64,000 nt of DNA from an uncultured Hungatella sp. (GCA_910588325.1 CAJUPP010000010.1:2454-66453), one strand, 5' to 3'; shown: positions 47,674-57,602, counted from the first letter of the stretch. A program made the numbers and translations. Notes: a model not told the origin generated them from the sequence alone.

Positions 47674-49273
47674 ATATTGTTCCAAAAAGCTGTTTCTTTC
47701 TCTCAAGCATCTCTTCCACCCGCTCAATATACTGCTCCACATTCTTCACATTCTCTACCCGTTCAATCCGGTTTTCCCCCGGAATCACCCGTTTGGTAGT
47801 GGTGCCTGCGCCGCAGCCGATGATGGTCTGCTGTTCCTCCATAATCAAAATATTGTAGATGCATTCTTTCCCCGGCCGTGCATACCCTACATTCTCAAAA
47901 TTTCCGGCCATATTTTTCTGCCGGTAAAGATAGTATGGATTCATCCCCATAGTTCTGGCATACGAAGCCGTCAGGTCAATCATCTCCTGAGTATTGGTGA
48001 TTTTTAAATCCTTATATGCCTCTTTCATGATATTGAGTCTGGCCGCTCTCTTTATGGCAAGGGAATGGACTGTCAGACTGTCCGGCCCCAGGGCCTGCAC
48101 CGCCTCCATGGTTAAACGTACATCTTCCATCTCTTCCTGAGGAAGCCCGATAATCAGATCCATATTGATATTGTCAAAGCCCTCCTCCCGAGCCATCATA
48201 AATTTTTCTTTCACATCCTCCACCGTATGGCGGCGTCCAATCAGATCCAGAGTCTCCTGCTTCATAGTCTGAGGATTGATAGAGATCCGGGTAACCCCGT
48301 AGTGCTTCAGCACCTTCAGCTTTTCTCTTGTAATACTGTCAGGCCTTCCTGCCTCCACTGTAAACTCGGAAACTCCAGAGAAATCAAAGGTTCCCTTAAC
48401 CTTCTCCAGCAGACGCTCCAGCCCTTCCTGAGAAAGAGAAGTAGGCGTACCGCCTCCAATATATACCGTATCCATAGGGCATCCCTGTCTTTCCATGGCC
48501 ACATAATCCAGTTCCCGAAACAGGGCATCCAGATACAGATCCGTCCGTTCTTTCCATTGGTCAATGGGATAAGAGGTAAAAGAGCAGTAAAGGCAGGTGG
48601 TAGGGCAAAATGGAATCCCTATATACAGACTATAGCCTCTCTGATAATCAATCTTCTCCAAAAGACTTTTCTCTCTTTTTGCAATGTCAATGCTTAAAGC
48701 AATCTTTTCATCACTGGCATAATAGCTATTCTTCATAAAGCGGGCAATCTCATCGTCGGTCATTCCCTGGTACAGTCTGGTCAGCGCAATCTTCGTAGGC
48801 CTTATGCCGGTCAGACTCCCCCACGGAAGCATCTTCCCGGTCCGCTCCAGCAAAAGGGCATAAAGCCTTCTTTTAATCTTATTCTTGGCATCCGTTCTTT
48901 CGTCATACTCCACCATCAAAGGCTCCTCCAGGTGTTTCATCTCCTCCTTAAGCGCCTTTGGCAGGCTGCCAAAAACATGAAACTCACAACTTCCGCAGGA
49001 AATAATCCGAAGAGAAAAGGATTTCCGATCCTCCCTTACCATACCTTCCAACACAAAGATTGCCCCATCTTCCTCTTTGCGCCCAGCCTGACCTGGCAGC
49101 CGGCTGCATTTTTCTTGAGGCACAAGCTGCGCCTCAAACGCCTCAGCTTTGTCCTGACCGGCTCCTTTCTCTTCTGCCATCTCATACTCAAACATCTCCC
49201 CAGGATAAAATGCCATCAATAATTCTCTGATATCCTGCTCATAAGACATATCATTCAGTCGTATCTTAATCAT
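47672..49273 (-). CDS. hemZ: radical SAM coproporphyrinogen dehydrogenase-like protein (HemZ/HemN family)
   Basis: CxxxCxxC cluster motif IPFCPTTCLYCSF, HemN-like core, and the long N-terminal extension typical of HemZ. Confidence 0.8.
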   Translation of the reverse strand: MIKIRLNDMSYEQDIRELLMAFYPGEMFEYEMAEEKGAGQDKAEAFEAQLVPQEKCSRLPGQAGRKEEDGAIFVLEGMVREDRKSFSLRIISCGSCEFHVFGSLPKALKEEMKHLEEPLMVEYDERTDAKNKIKRRLYALLLERTGKMLPWGSLTGIRPTKIALTRLYQGMTDDEIARFMKNSYYASDEKIALSIDIAKREKSLLEKIDYQRGYSLYIGIPFCPTTCLYCSFTSYPIDQWKERTDLYLDALFRELDYVAMERQGCPMDTVYIGGGTPTSLSQEGLERLLEKVKGTFDFSGVSEFTVEAGRPDSITREKLKVLKHYGVTRISINPQTMKQETLDLIGRRHTVEDVKEKFMMAREEGFDNINMDLIIGLPQEEMEDVRLTMEAVQALGPDSLTVHSLAIKRAARLNIMKEAYKDLKITNTQEMIDLTASYARTMGMNPYYLYRQKNMAGNFENVGYARPGKECIYNILIMEEQQTIIGCGAGTTTKRVIPGENRIERVENVKNVEQYIERVEEMLERKKQLFGTI

Positions 49274-49341
49274 ACGTTCTTCCCCCCAGCCATTCTCTCA
49301 AGTTTCAGCCAACTTTCTTGCCCATATCGCCTGATCACACC

Positions 49342-50004
49342 CTATCTTACCGAATGCGCCAGCGGGTTCCTTTTCTTCTCATATCCAATGGACGTTCCTT
49401 CTCCATGTCCGGGGTATACCTTCATGTCTTCTGAAAGGGAAGACAAAAGACCGGTTACCGATTCCACCAGTTCCACCGGGTTTCCCGTAGGCAGATCCGT
49501 CCTGCCCACAGATTGACAGAACAAGGTATCTCCGCTGAAAAGCACCTTCTCTTCCCGGACAAGATAGCATACACTGCCTTTCGTATGTCCCGGTGTAAAC
49601 AGAACCGTCCATTTGGTCCCCAGAAGTTGCAGAATTTCCCCATTTTTCAGCCAATGATCCGCTTCCAGAGACATGTGCTCCCCGCCGGTTGGACTCAGAT
49701 TCAGATCCGGTTCTTCCAAAAGCGGCATCTCCCATTCTCCTGCATAGACAGGAACCCCTAAAGAACGTCTCACATCCTCCACTGCCAATATATGGTCAAA
49801 ATGTCCGTGAGTCAGCAAAATTGTTTCCGGCTTCACCCCCAACTCCCGGCATCTGTTCAAAATATACGGTGCGTTATCTCCCGGATCAATTACCACACCC
49901 GGAAAATATTCTCCTTCCTTTCTCTCTCCGTTTTTTCTGTAAACAATATAACAATTGGTACCGATCATTCCTACCACACAAGGTTCAATCACAAAGCTGT
50001 TCAC
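49342..50004 (-). CDS. MBL-fold metallo-hydrolase
   Basis: THGHFDH metal motif, 220 aa, GTG start after GGAAAGGTG. Confidence 0.8.
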   Translation of the reverse strand: MNSFVIEPCVVGMIGTNCYIVYRKNGERKEGEYFPGVVIDPGDNAPYILNRCRELGVKPETILLTHGHFDHILAVEDVRRSLGVPVYAGEWEMPLLEEPDLNLSPTGGEHMSLEADHWLKNGEILQLLGTKWTVLFTPGHTKGSVCYLVREEKVLFSGDTLFCQSVGRTDLPTGNPVELVESVTGLLSSLSEDMKVYPGHGEGTSIGYEKKRNPLAHSVR

Positions 50005-50062
50005 TTTTTCACCTTTCCTTTCTATTTTCCGGTAAGCAGTAACATAAAAGAGAGAATGCAGA

Positions 50063-52351
50063 TTACCCTGCTGTTCTCTCTATATCCAACACTCCCTCAA
50101 TCTGTCTTAACTTATCTGTCAGCCGGTTCAATTCATCAATTCCGTGAATGTCAAATGTCATCACAATGGTTGCCTTCCCCTGCTTGCTGGTTCTCACATT
50201 CATGGAAGTAATATCAATCTGTCTTTCCGTAAATACTTTCGAGATATCCACAAACATTCCTATCCGGTTATTGGCGAAAATCTGAATCTCTGTGGAATAC
50301 CGCTCCTTATTCTCCTCTCCTCCCGGCTGCTGCCACTCTGCATCAATAATACGCACCCGCTCTTCCTCAGGAAGGTTAATCACATTGATACAGTCCGTCC
50401 GGTGAATGGAAACCCCTCGCCCCCTGGTGACAAAACCTACAATCTCATCTCCCGGCACCGGACTACAGCAACGGGAAAACCGCACAGCCACATCATGGAT
50501 TCCCTTTACTACGATACCGCTTTTCGACCTTTTGGCTGCAGGGATCTTATTGGTCATATCCTCGATTCCGTTAAGGATATTCTCATCCGTAACCTCTCTG
50601 GTCAGCTTCTTTTTCCGTTCCTCCAGCATCTTGTTGATGACCTGGCCCTCTTTCAGGCCGCCATGTCCGATAGATGCCAGCACAGAGTCCCAGTCCTTGA
50701 ATGCATACCGCTTCATGACTTTTTCCATGAACTCTGCCTTGCTGATCTCTGTAAAATTGATTCCCTTGGCCTTGCAGTATCGGTCAATCATCTCTTTGCC
50801 CCGAAGGATATTATCTTCCTTCAGTTCGGTTTTAAACCACTGATTGATCTTATTTTTCGCCTGGGTGCTTTTCACCACTGCCAGCCAGTCACGGCTGGGG
50901 CCTTTGGAATTCTGGGAAGTGACAATCTCGATCTGATCTCCGTTCTGGATCTCATAATCAATGTTCACCAGTTTTCCGTTTACCCTGGCGCCTACCATCT
51001 TATTGCCTACCGCACTGTGGATGGCATATGCAAAATCAATAGGCGTAGACCCGCTGGGAAGCGTCTTCACGTCTCCGGACGGAGTAAAACAGTACACACT
51101 CTCGGAAAACAGGTCCAGATCGCCCTTGACCATATTCAGAAACTCTTTGGAGTCATCCGTATCCTTCTGCCACTCCAGAATCTGCCTCAGCCAGCTTAGC
51201 TTTGCCTCCTCTTTTCCGTCTGCAACGGCACCGCTGCCGCTTTCCTTATATTTCCAATGGGCTGCGATTCCGAATTCCGCTGTCCGGTGCATCTCATAAG
51301 TCCGAATCTGAATCTCAAAGGGCTGTCCGGTGCTGCTAATCAATGTGGTATGCAGAGACTGATACATATTGGGCTTGGGCATAGCGATATAATCTTTAAA
51401 TCTCCCTGGAATCGGCTTATACATCTCATGAATAACTCCTAAAGCCGCATAGCAGTCCTTCACAGTCTCTACCATAATACGGACTGCGAATAAATCGTAG
51501 ATCTGATCCAGAGTCTTGTTCTGCTTCACCATCTTTTTATAAATACTGAAGAAATGCTTAGCCCTGCCGCCTACTGCCGCCTCAATTCCGGCCTCCTTCA
51601 TATGGTTCTTTACTTCTTCCACAATATCCTGAACAAAGGCGTCTCTGGAGTCCTTGCGCAGATTTACCTTTTCCACCAGATCATAATATACTTCCGGTTT
51701 TAAAAATTTAAGAGACAGGTCATCCAACTCAATCTTGATCTTGGAAATACCCAGACGGTCCGCAATGGGTGCATAGATTTCCAGTGTCTCCCTGGCCTTC
51801 TCCTTCTGCTTCTCCGGTTTCCAGAATTGGCCGGTTCTCATATTGTGCAGGCGGTCCGCCAGCTTTATGATGATTACCCGTATGTCCTTGGCCATAGCCA
51901 GAAACATCTTTCTCAAATTTTCCGCCTGAATCTCTACCTTATCTTTATCCCAAGACAACTGGGTCAATTTCGTAACGCCGTCTACCAGAAATGCTACCTC
52001 GGAGCCGAAGTCCTTGGACAACTCCTCCAAAGTCATCCCTGTATCCTCCACCACATCATGCAGAAGGCCTGCGGCAATGGTCTCCTTATCCATCTCCAGA
52101 TCTGCCAGGATGATTGCAACACAAAGAGGGTGAATGATATAAGGTTCACCCGATTTACGTTTCTGATCTTTGTGAGAGTCCCTGGCCACCCGATAAGCCT
52201 TCTCCACCAGTGTAATGTCATCGGAAGGATGATAACGATAAATCGTATTTATCATTTCCTGATACAGCGTCTCGGGACTTGTAAACGAAGCCGGTGTCTC
52301 CAGTTCCTGTTCTCTATTCTCATTAAAAGGTTCTTGTATCATAGACATCAC
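50063..52351 (-). CDS. relA: bifunctional (p)ppGpp synthetase/hydrolase (RelA/SpoT homologue)
   Basis: HD hydrolase domain (HPL.VA..LA....D......A.LLHDVVEDT), RelA_SpoT synthetase domain, TGS and ACT C-terminal domains. The start is one of three closely spaced GTG/ATG codons (52342-52351). Confidence 0.95.
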   Translation of the reverse strand: MMSMIQEPFNENREQELETPASFTSPETLYQEMINTIYRYHPSDDITLVEKAYRVARDSHKDQKRKSGEPYIIHPLCVAIILADLEMDKETIAAGLLHDVVEDTGMTLEELSKDFGSEVAFLVDGVTKLTQLSWDKDKVEIQAENLRKMFLAMAKDIRVIIIKLADRLHNMRTGQFWKPEKQKEKARETLEIYAPIADRLGISKIKIELDDLSLKFLKPEVYYDLVEKVNLRKDSRDAFVQDIVEEVKNHMKEAGIEAAVGGRAKHFFSIYKKMVKQNKTLDQIYDLFAVRIMVETVKDCYAALGVIHEMYKPIPGRFKDYIAMPKPNMYQSLHTTLISSTGQPFEIQIRTYEMHRTAEFGIAAHWKYKESGSGAVADGKEEAKLSWLRQILEWQKDTDDSKEFLNMVKGDLDLFSESVYCFTPSGDVKTLPSGSTPIDFAYAIHSAVGNKMVGARVNGKLVNIDYEIQNGDQIEIVTSQNSKGPSRDWLAVVKSTQAKNKINQWFKTELKEDNILRGKEMIDRYCKAKGINFTEISKAEFMEKVMKRYAFKDWDSVLASIGHGGLKEGQVINKMLEERKKKLTREVTDENILNGIEDMTNKIPAAKRSKSGIVVKGIHDVAVRFSRCCSPVPGDEIVGFVTRGRGVSIHRTDCINVINLPEEERVRIIDAEWQQPGGEENKERYSTEIQIFANNRIGMFVDISKVFTERQIDITSMNVRTSKQGKATIVMTFDIHGIDELNRLTDKLRQIEGVLDIERTAG

Positions 52352-52475
52352 CTTCTCTGGACGTAGTTAATGTATGTATTATAAGTTTATTTATTAAAAA
52401 TTGCAAGATTTTTTATAAATGACTGGTTTTCGGCCCCCAGCATCCTCCCAAATCACATCTATACTGTCTTTTATC

Positions 52476-53076
52476 CTATAATTCCTCAAAAGCCTGTATC
52501 CCACCATATTGAATCGCCAGCCTCGGAAATCCTTCTTTTTGGTAAATTGTCAGACTGGATATCAGTCTTTCCACATCATATCTGCCATAATTCACTATCC
52601 ATAAAGCTTTTTAAAAAAGTAAATTCAAAATTGGAACCTGGATTTTTTCCTTGATAGATATCACAAACCAATTCTGGTGTAATTTTATACTCTGTCCCTA
52701 AAACTATCTTTCTTGTAAAGTCCTCATGTTCCATTCCTTCCGGAAACACTGCTTCTGCCGCATGGGAAAAGGGTGCATGTCCGAGATCATGAGTAAGCGC
52801 GATAATTCGCAAAATTTGGCGATAATATGCTACTTTTGCCTCAGACCATTCAGGCCTCACATTTTTTATCGTTGATTCAAATGCACGGGTAACCATATGC
52901 ATGACTCCCAGAGAATGGCCAAATCGAGTATGCTCGGCACCATGAAATACAAGATAGGTCATAGCCAGCTGTTTAATATTACGCAATCGCTGAAATGCTT
53001 CCGAATCTGCTATCTCTCTTTCCAAGGAACTCACCTCAACAAAACCATGAACCGGATCTCTAAATTTATCATATAT
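52476..53076 (-). pseudogene. decayed HD-domain dNTP triphosphohydrolase-like gene (SAMHD1/EF1143-type)
   Basis: Frame A (53076-52576) encodes YDKFRDPVHGFVEV...FQRL..IKQL...FHGAEHTRFGHSLGV...THDLGHAPFSH. It has ATA where the ATG is expected (AAAGGTGA RBS 9 nt upstream). It ends at SFMDSELWQI*. A shifted frame (52586-52476) continues GRYDVERLISSL...QAFEEL*. The DADR.DYLLRD segment and the C-terminal ~230 aa are absent. Confidence 0.6.
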
Positions 53077-53149
53077 GTAAAACCGTCACCTTTAAAGTAT
53101 ACTGGGCTCTATTATAAATATATACTTAAGAATAGCAATGATTTTTTAC

Positions 53150-53923
53150 TTAATGCCAATCTAACAACTTCACTCTGGGTCCTCTGGCTGTCACTGTCTG
53201 TTTCCGATCATAGCTTAAAGGGTTCCCCTGCAAATCGCTTACCAGTCCCCCTGCCTCCTCCACCAACAAGGCAGCGGCAGCGTAATCCCATGGCGACAAA
53301 AGCAGTTCAAAGAAAAACTCCGCCCGGCCGCTGGCTACCATACACAGATCCAAAGCTGCTGAACCGCTTCTACGCAGATCCTCCCCGCAGGATACATAAC
53401 GAAAGGCAACTTCAAAGGCTTTCTTCTTTAATTCCTGATAATAAGGCGATGTGCCAAACAAAATCAGCCCTTCCTCCAAAGTCCTGTCAGAGGCATGAAT
53501 CCTCTCCCCATTTAAAAAGGCTCCCTTTCCTTTTTCTGCGTAATAGGTTTCCTTCCCATATGGATTATAAACCACCCCCAAAACCGGAAAGCCATTTTCC
53601 GCCAGAGCGACACTGATACAGCTGGCATTGTACCCTCTGGTGAAATTGGCAGTTCCGTCAATTGGATCTACAATAAACGCATATCCATTGGAAATGTCCG
53701 TGCGATCCATCTCATCTTCTTCTCCCAGAAATACTGCCTCCGGCACCAGAGCCAGAAGCCTGGCCTTCAGCATTTCCTGCACTTTGGAATCATAATCTGT
53801 CACAAAATTTCCTTTTCCGGCTTTCTGGTGGATCCCCCGCTCAATATCCGAAGCACTCAGCATAATCGCTCCACATTCATGAACAATCTCTACCATTTCC
53901 GAAAGCAAGTTTTCTTTTATCAC
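53150..53923 (-). CDS. inositol monophosphatase family protein (SuhB/CysQ-like)
   Basis: IMPase motifs FLGEE, IVDPIDGTANF and WDYAA. GTG start after GGAAAGGAGAG. Confidence 0.85.
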   Translation of the reverse strand: MIKENLLSEMVEIVHECGAIMLSASDIERGIHQKAGKGNFVTDYDSKVQEMLKARLLALVPEAVFLGEEDEMDRTDISNGYAFIVDPIDGTANFTRGYNASCISVALAENGFPVLGVVYNPYGKETYYAEKGKGAFLNGERIHASDRTLEEGLILFGTSPYYQELKKKAFEVAFRYVSCGEDLRRSGSAALDLCMVASGRAEFFFELLLSPWDYAAAALLVEEAGGLVSDLQGNPLSYDRKQTVTARGPRVKLLDWH

Positions 53924-53955
53924 ATTCTCTCCTTTCCCAGTCCCGCTGCCTGTCT

Positions 53956-54402
53956 TTACGTTTCCCCGGCTTCATAACACTGCTTCAACTCATTTACAAT
54001 ATCTTCAATCGTATACTTCTTCATTTCATCTTCCATAGCCTTTTGGATATGCATAAGCTTATCATCCAGTACCACATGGATATTCTTTCCTACCGGACAA
54101 TTGGGATTGGGATTTTCATGAAAATGAAACAATTCCCCATCCTCCAGCAAGTCAACTGCCGAATACACATCATAAAATGTAATCTGCTTAATTGGCTTGG
54201 CAGCCGTCGTACCGCCTGTCCCCCGGGCCACTTCAATCAGCCCGGCATTTTTAAGCTGTGAAAGGAGCTTTCGTATAATAACCGGATTTACATTGATGCT
54301 GGATGCGAGGAAATCACTGGTAATCTTATAATCCTCCCCAAAAACTTCCATACATGCAAATACATGAATCGCAATCGTGAACCTGCTGGATATCTGCATC
54401 AT
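53956..54402 (-). CDS. Rrf2 family transcriptional regulator
   Basis: 148 aa. N-terminal Rrf2 winged HTH (SSRFTIAIHVF......ITSDFLASSINVNPVIIRKLLSQLKNAGLI). No three-Cys Fe-S ligand cluster is apparent. Confidence 0.85.
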   Translation of the reverse strand: MMQISSRFTIAIHVFACMEVFGEDYKITSDFLASSINVNPVIIRKLLSQLKNAGLIEVARGTGGTTAAKPIKQITFYDVYSAVDLLEDGELFHFHENPNPNCPVGKNIHVVLDDKLMHIQKAMEDEMKKYTIEDIVNELKQCYEAGET

Positions 54403-54589
54403 CTCACCTCACACTGTTTTCACCTATTCTATGCTTTTTGAAATGTAATGTCAATGCTTACAGTTTCATCCAGGTAAGCAGCCAGTAGTTTAGGATCACT
54501 GCAATCGCGATATTGGTTCTTCTTTCGCTGAACGGAGCTGTTACAGCCGCGGTTGCAGCAGGATATCCCATTGGAGCCCTATGCATAGG

Positions 54590-54647
54590 AATGCAAAAAG
54601 GAAACACCTTATGGGAGTGATGTGCCAAGTCAGGCATTCCCATAAGG
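54590..54647 (-). terminator. intrinsic terminator after the flavoprotein gene
   Basis: Minus strand CCTTATGGGA-21 nt-TCCCATAAGG followed by TGTTTCCTTTTTGC. Confidence 0.55.
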
Positions 54648-54668
54648 TGCTGCTTTTCCTTTTACATG

Positions 54669-56612
54669 TCAGAAAACATTGCCTGTTTCCCGGTAGGAGC
54701 GCCAGACATTTTCAAAGAAATCCTCCTCCTGAGGAATCGGATGGACTTCACGCCACATGGATCTGACTTCATCCCCCTGCAGGCAGACTTCCTGAAGCTG
54801 GCTGCCCCGGCTGCCGTCATCCAGCTTAAAGCAAAACTCGTCCGGAAGAATATCATAAGGCTTTATTCCCTCCGGATCGGAGTAAAGAGCGCTCCCCCGG
54901 CTTCTGCCGCCGGTGTCAATGTAGTCCAGCATGGCAGACAGGTAGACCTGCTGACAGAGAAGAATATCCTCCAGGCGGAAAACTTTAGGCAGAAAGCGGC
55001 TGTCAGAAATACGGATCCGCCGTGCAAATTGGACCCGCTCCTCTTTAACTTCCTCCAAAGCCTTTACGATTCCTCCCCGCTCCCGGATTGCCCCACCGTA
55101 CCTGCTCATGCGGCGGGTTGCTCTCTCCCAGCAGTGTCTCAGCTCAGCCCCGCCTTCTTTCTTCATCACGGTGTCTGCAATGCACATCGCCTCCTTAAGC
55201 GCCTCTTCCATGGTGCGGTCAAACCCTTCCTGATCCATTTCACCGCCTCCCCAGCGGACGATATGCCGGGCAGCCCGTGCGGCGCCCACCTGCCCGGCAT
55301 TGAGGGCGCTGCCTCCCGGCCGGTAGACCCCATGGGAACCGGCGGCTTCTCCTGCGGTATAGAATCCCTGTACATTGGTCTGCCACCAACAGTCCACTGC
55401 CAACCCGCCGTTGTTGTGCTGAGCGCAGAGAGCAATCTCCAACATTTCCTCGGACAGATCCACCCCGCGCTCTTTGTAGAATTCCATGGCAGGAGCGTTC
55501 ATATGCCGCAGCCGTTCAAAAGGCTTCCCCTGGCAGGCCCCGGCTTTGCTCAGATATTGATAAGCCTCATCGGAGAGCCTGGAAAAGTCCACAGGCTTCC
55601 CTAGGGGATTATCCCTGAAATCCAACCAGACTCTCCGGCCCTTTGCAGACTCCAGATAGACCAGAATGTCAATGACAGAACTGCCCTCAGCCACCTTGCG
55701 CACATCGAAGGGCCACTGGTACCCCTTCAGGAAAACTTTCGTCAAAAGCTCTCCCTCGTCCTGAAAAAAGTCATATAGGAATTCTCTGGGCTGCCCACCC
55801 TCCGGATCGGTGGAGATGAAACGGGGCAATGCCTGCATATAGGTTCCCGATACATTCCACCGCGGATGAATGGAAGCAAGCCCGTATTGCCATTCCGTCA
55901 GATTTCTTCCCATGACTCCGGCTCTGAAGGCCATTCCGGAGGCTCCGTAATGCCCCTTGGGATAGACGCTGTCCGCATACATCCCGGCAGGACCGCCTGC
56001 GGCAAACACCATATTCCGGCAGCAAAAGGCCACAAACCGGTCTTCCGGCTCATCCAGACGGGTCAGATCCAGACAGAGCAGACCATATACCCGGTGGCCG
56101 TCACTCAAAATCCGAATTGCCAGCATCTTATCAAAAATCTCAATCCCCTTAGCTCTGACCTCCCGCTCCAGAGCATCTGTCATTTCCCTGCTGGTGTAAG
56201 GTCCCACGCTGGTTGCCCGCCTTCTGGGATCGTGGTCTGTCTTATAACCCACGTATTCTCCGTAACGATTCCTGGGAAAAGGCACCCCCAGTTCCACCAG
56301 CCTCAAAAAACTCTGAACCGAAAGGGCCGCCTCACACAGGGCAATATCCCCGTCCATGCACTGCCCCTCAAAGAGGGATCGGGCCATCTCCAGCACACTG
56401 TCCGGCTCCCCGCCGGACAGCGTCAGCTTATAGTAGGTCTGTTTGTCACTGCCTGTATTCCTGCTGGTTCCTGTATTGACTCCCTCGGTCACCATAGCGA
56501 TATCCTTCTGGCCATACTGCCAGAGCCGGTCAGCCGCATTAAAGCCTGCAGCTCCCGTCCCCAGCACAATGGTGTTGCGCCGGATAACACGAATTTTACT
56601 CTCCATAGCCAT
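54669..56612 (-). CDS. FAD-binding oxidoreductase (fumarate reductase/L-aspartate oxidase/APS-reductase-like flavoprotein superfamily), substrate unknown
   Basis: 647 aa. N-terminal dinucleotide fold IVLGTGAAGFNAADRL, a second FAD-contact region near FAAGGPAG, and a C-terminal GEAAGSHGVYRPGGSALN motif typical of this superfamily. RBS GGAGGGAAAGG. Confidence 0.7.
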   Translation of the reverse strand: MAMESKIRVIRRNTIVLGTGAAGFNAADRLWQYGQKDIAMVTEGVNTGTSRNTGSDKQTYYKLTLSGGEPDSVLEMARSLFEGQCMDGDIALCEAALSVQSFLRLVELGVPFPRNRYGEYVGYKTDHDPRRRATSVGPYTSREMTDALEREVRAKGIEIFDKMLAIRILSDGHRVYGLLCLDLTRLDEPEDRFVAFCCRNMVFAAGGPAGMYADSVYPKGHYGASGMAFRAGVMGRNLTEWQYGLASIHPRWNVSGTYMQALPRFISTDPEGGQPREFLYDFFQDEGELLTKVFLKGYQWPFDVRKVAEGSSVIDILVYLESAKGRRVWLDFRDNPLGKPVDFSRLSDEAYQYLSKAGACQGKPFERLRHMNAPAMEFYKERGVDLSEEMLEIALCAQHNNGGLAVDCWWQTNVQGFYTAGEAAGSHGVYRPGGSALNAGQVGAARAARHIVRWGGGEMDQEGFDRTMEEALKEAMCIADTVMKKEGGAELRHCWERATRRMSRYGGAIRERGGIVKALEEVKEERVQFARRIRISDSRFLPKVFRLEDILLCQQVYLSAMLDYIDTGGRSRGSALYSDPEGIKPYDILPDEFCFKLDDGSRGSQLQEVCLQGDEVRSMWREVHPIPQEEDFFENVWRSYRETGNVF

Positions 56613-56624
56613 ATCCTTTCCCTC

Positions 56625-57392
56625 CTATAACCGTTTGATGTGAAAGCCTCCGTCCACATCTATATAATTTCCGGTTGTATAAAGGAAATCATCTCCCGCA
56701 AAGGCGGAGACAGCCCCTGCAACATCCTCCGGCGTCCCCCAGCGGGCCAGAGGAAAAACGCCTTCCTCAATCAGCTTATTGTATTTCTCTGTAACCGTGC
56801 TGGTCATGTCCGTGGCAATCACTCCGGGCCGGATCTCATGAACCAGTATGCCCTCACCGGCCAAACGATCGGCATAAAGGGTAGTCAGCATGGAAACTCC
56901 GGCTTTGGAGACACAATACTCCCCACGGCTGATGCTGGAAACCTGGGCCGAGCAGGAAGAAATGTTGATGATGGTTCCCCGCTTGTGGCCCTCCATAGGC
57001 TGGGAGAGCATCTGCCGGGCCACGGCCTGGGTCAGAAACATATTGCCCTTGGTATTGATGCCTATCACCCGATCGAAGCTCTCCTCGGTCATTTCCAGAA
57101 GATCCGCTCTTTCCTTGGGCGCAACGCCTGCATTATTTACCAGTACGTCAATCCTGCCGAAAGCCTCTACGGTTTCGGCTACCAGCCTCAGCCGGTCATC
57201 GTGGTCTCCGATATCCGCCTGGACATAGAGCCACTCTGTCCCATCGGCAGCCAGAATATCCAGCGCTTTCTGATTCTTATCCTGAGAACCGGTAGCCACG
57301 ATGACTACGGCAAAGCCGTCCTTCCCCAGACGGCGGGCAATCCCGAAACCAATGCCTCTGCTGGATCCGGTAATTACTGCAACTTTTTTCAT
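56625..57392 (-). CDS. short-chain dehydrogenase/reductase (FabG-like SDR)
   Basis: TGSSRGIG cofactor motif, NNAG, and the catalytic S...Y..SK (EYCVSK). Likely start is ATG at 57392 after AGAGAGGAG; the track ORF extends to 57485. Confidence 0.85.
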   Translation of the reverse strand: MKKVAVITGSSRGIGFGIARRLGKDGFAVVIVATGSQDKNQKALDILAADGTEWLYVQADIGDHDDRLRLVAETVEAFGRIDVLVNNAGVAPKERADLLEMTEESFDRVIGINTKGNMFLTQAVARQMLSQPMEGHKRGTIINISSCSAQVSSISRGEYCVSKAGVSMLTTLYADRLAGEGILVHEIRPGVIATDMTSTVTEKYNKLIEEGVFPLARWGTPEDVAGAVSAFAGDDFLYTTGNYIDVDGGFHIKRL

Positions 57393-57536
57393 TCTCATAC
57401 TCCTCTCTGTCATCCCGCAAAGGATTCTTTCATTACGTCTCTGAATATAAAATATTGTATTACGCCAGCCGTCTAAAATCAACACAAACTGTCTTCTCCT
57501 GCCATTCTTCCGGCTTCTCCATTTATAAAAAACTCA

Positions 57537-57565
57537 TTGAAATCTTTTAACGAATCGCATATACT
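57537..57565 (+). promoter_or_regulatory. sigma-A type promoter for the 200-aa secreted protein gene
   Basis: TTGAAA-N17-TATACT, ~37 nt upstream of the ATG at 57603. Confidence 0.4.
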
Positions 57566-57602
57566 TAAGATATTATGATGAATGAAAAAGGAGAGGCCAG
57601 TT

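Noticed and set aside
52576-53034. Treating the 152-aa HD ORF as an intact small HD-domain protein.
   Set aside because: The conserved RDPVHG N-terminal motif lies upstream of the only available (GTG) start. The downstream frame-shifted segment continues the same family alignment, and the second catalytic Asp-containing segment is missing. Together these indicate a pseudogene rather than a bona fide short gene.
54458-54643. 61-aa minus-strand ORF in the flavoprotein-Rrf2 spacer.
   Set aside because: Its start codon lies inside the stem of the predicted terminator (54607-54647). It has no RBS and the composition is not protein-like. More likely non-coding promoter/terminator DNA.
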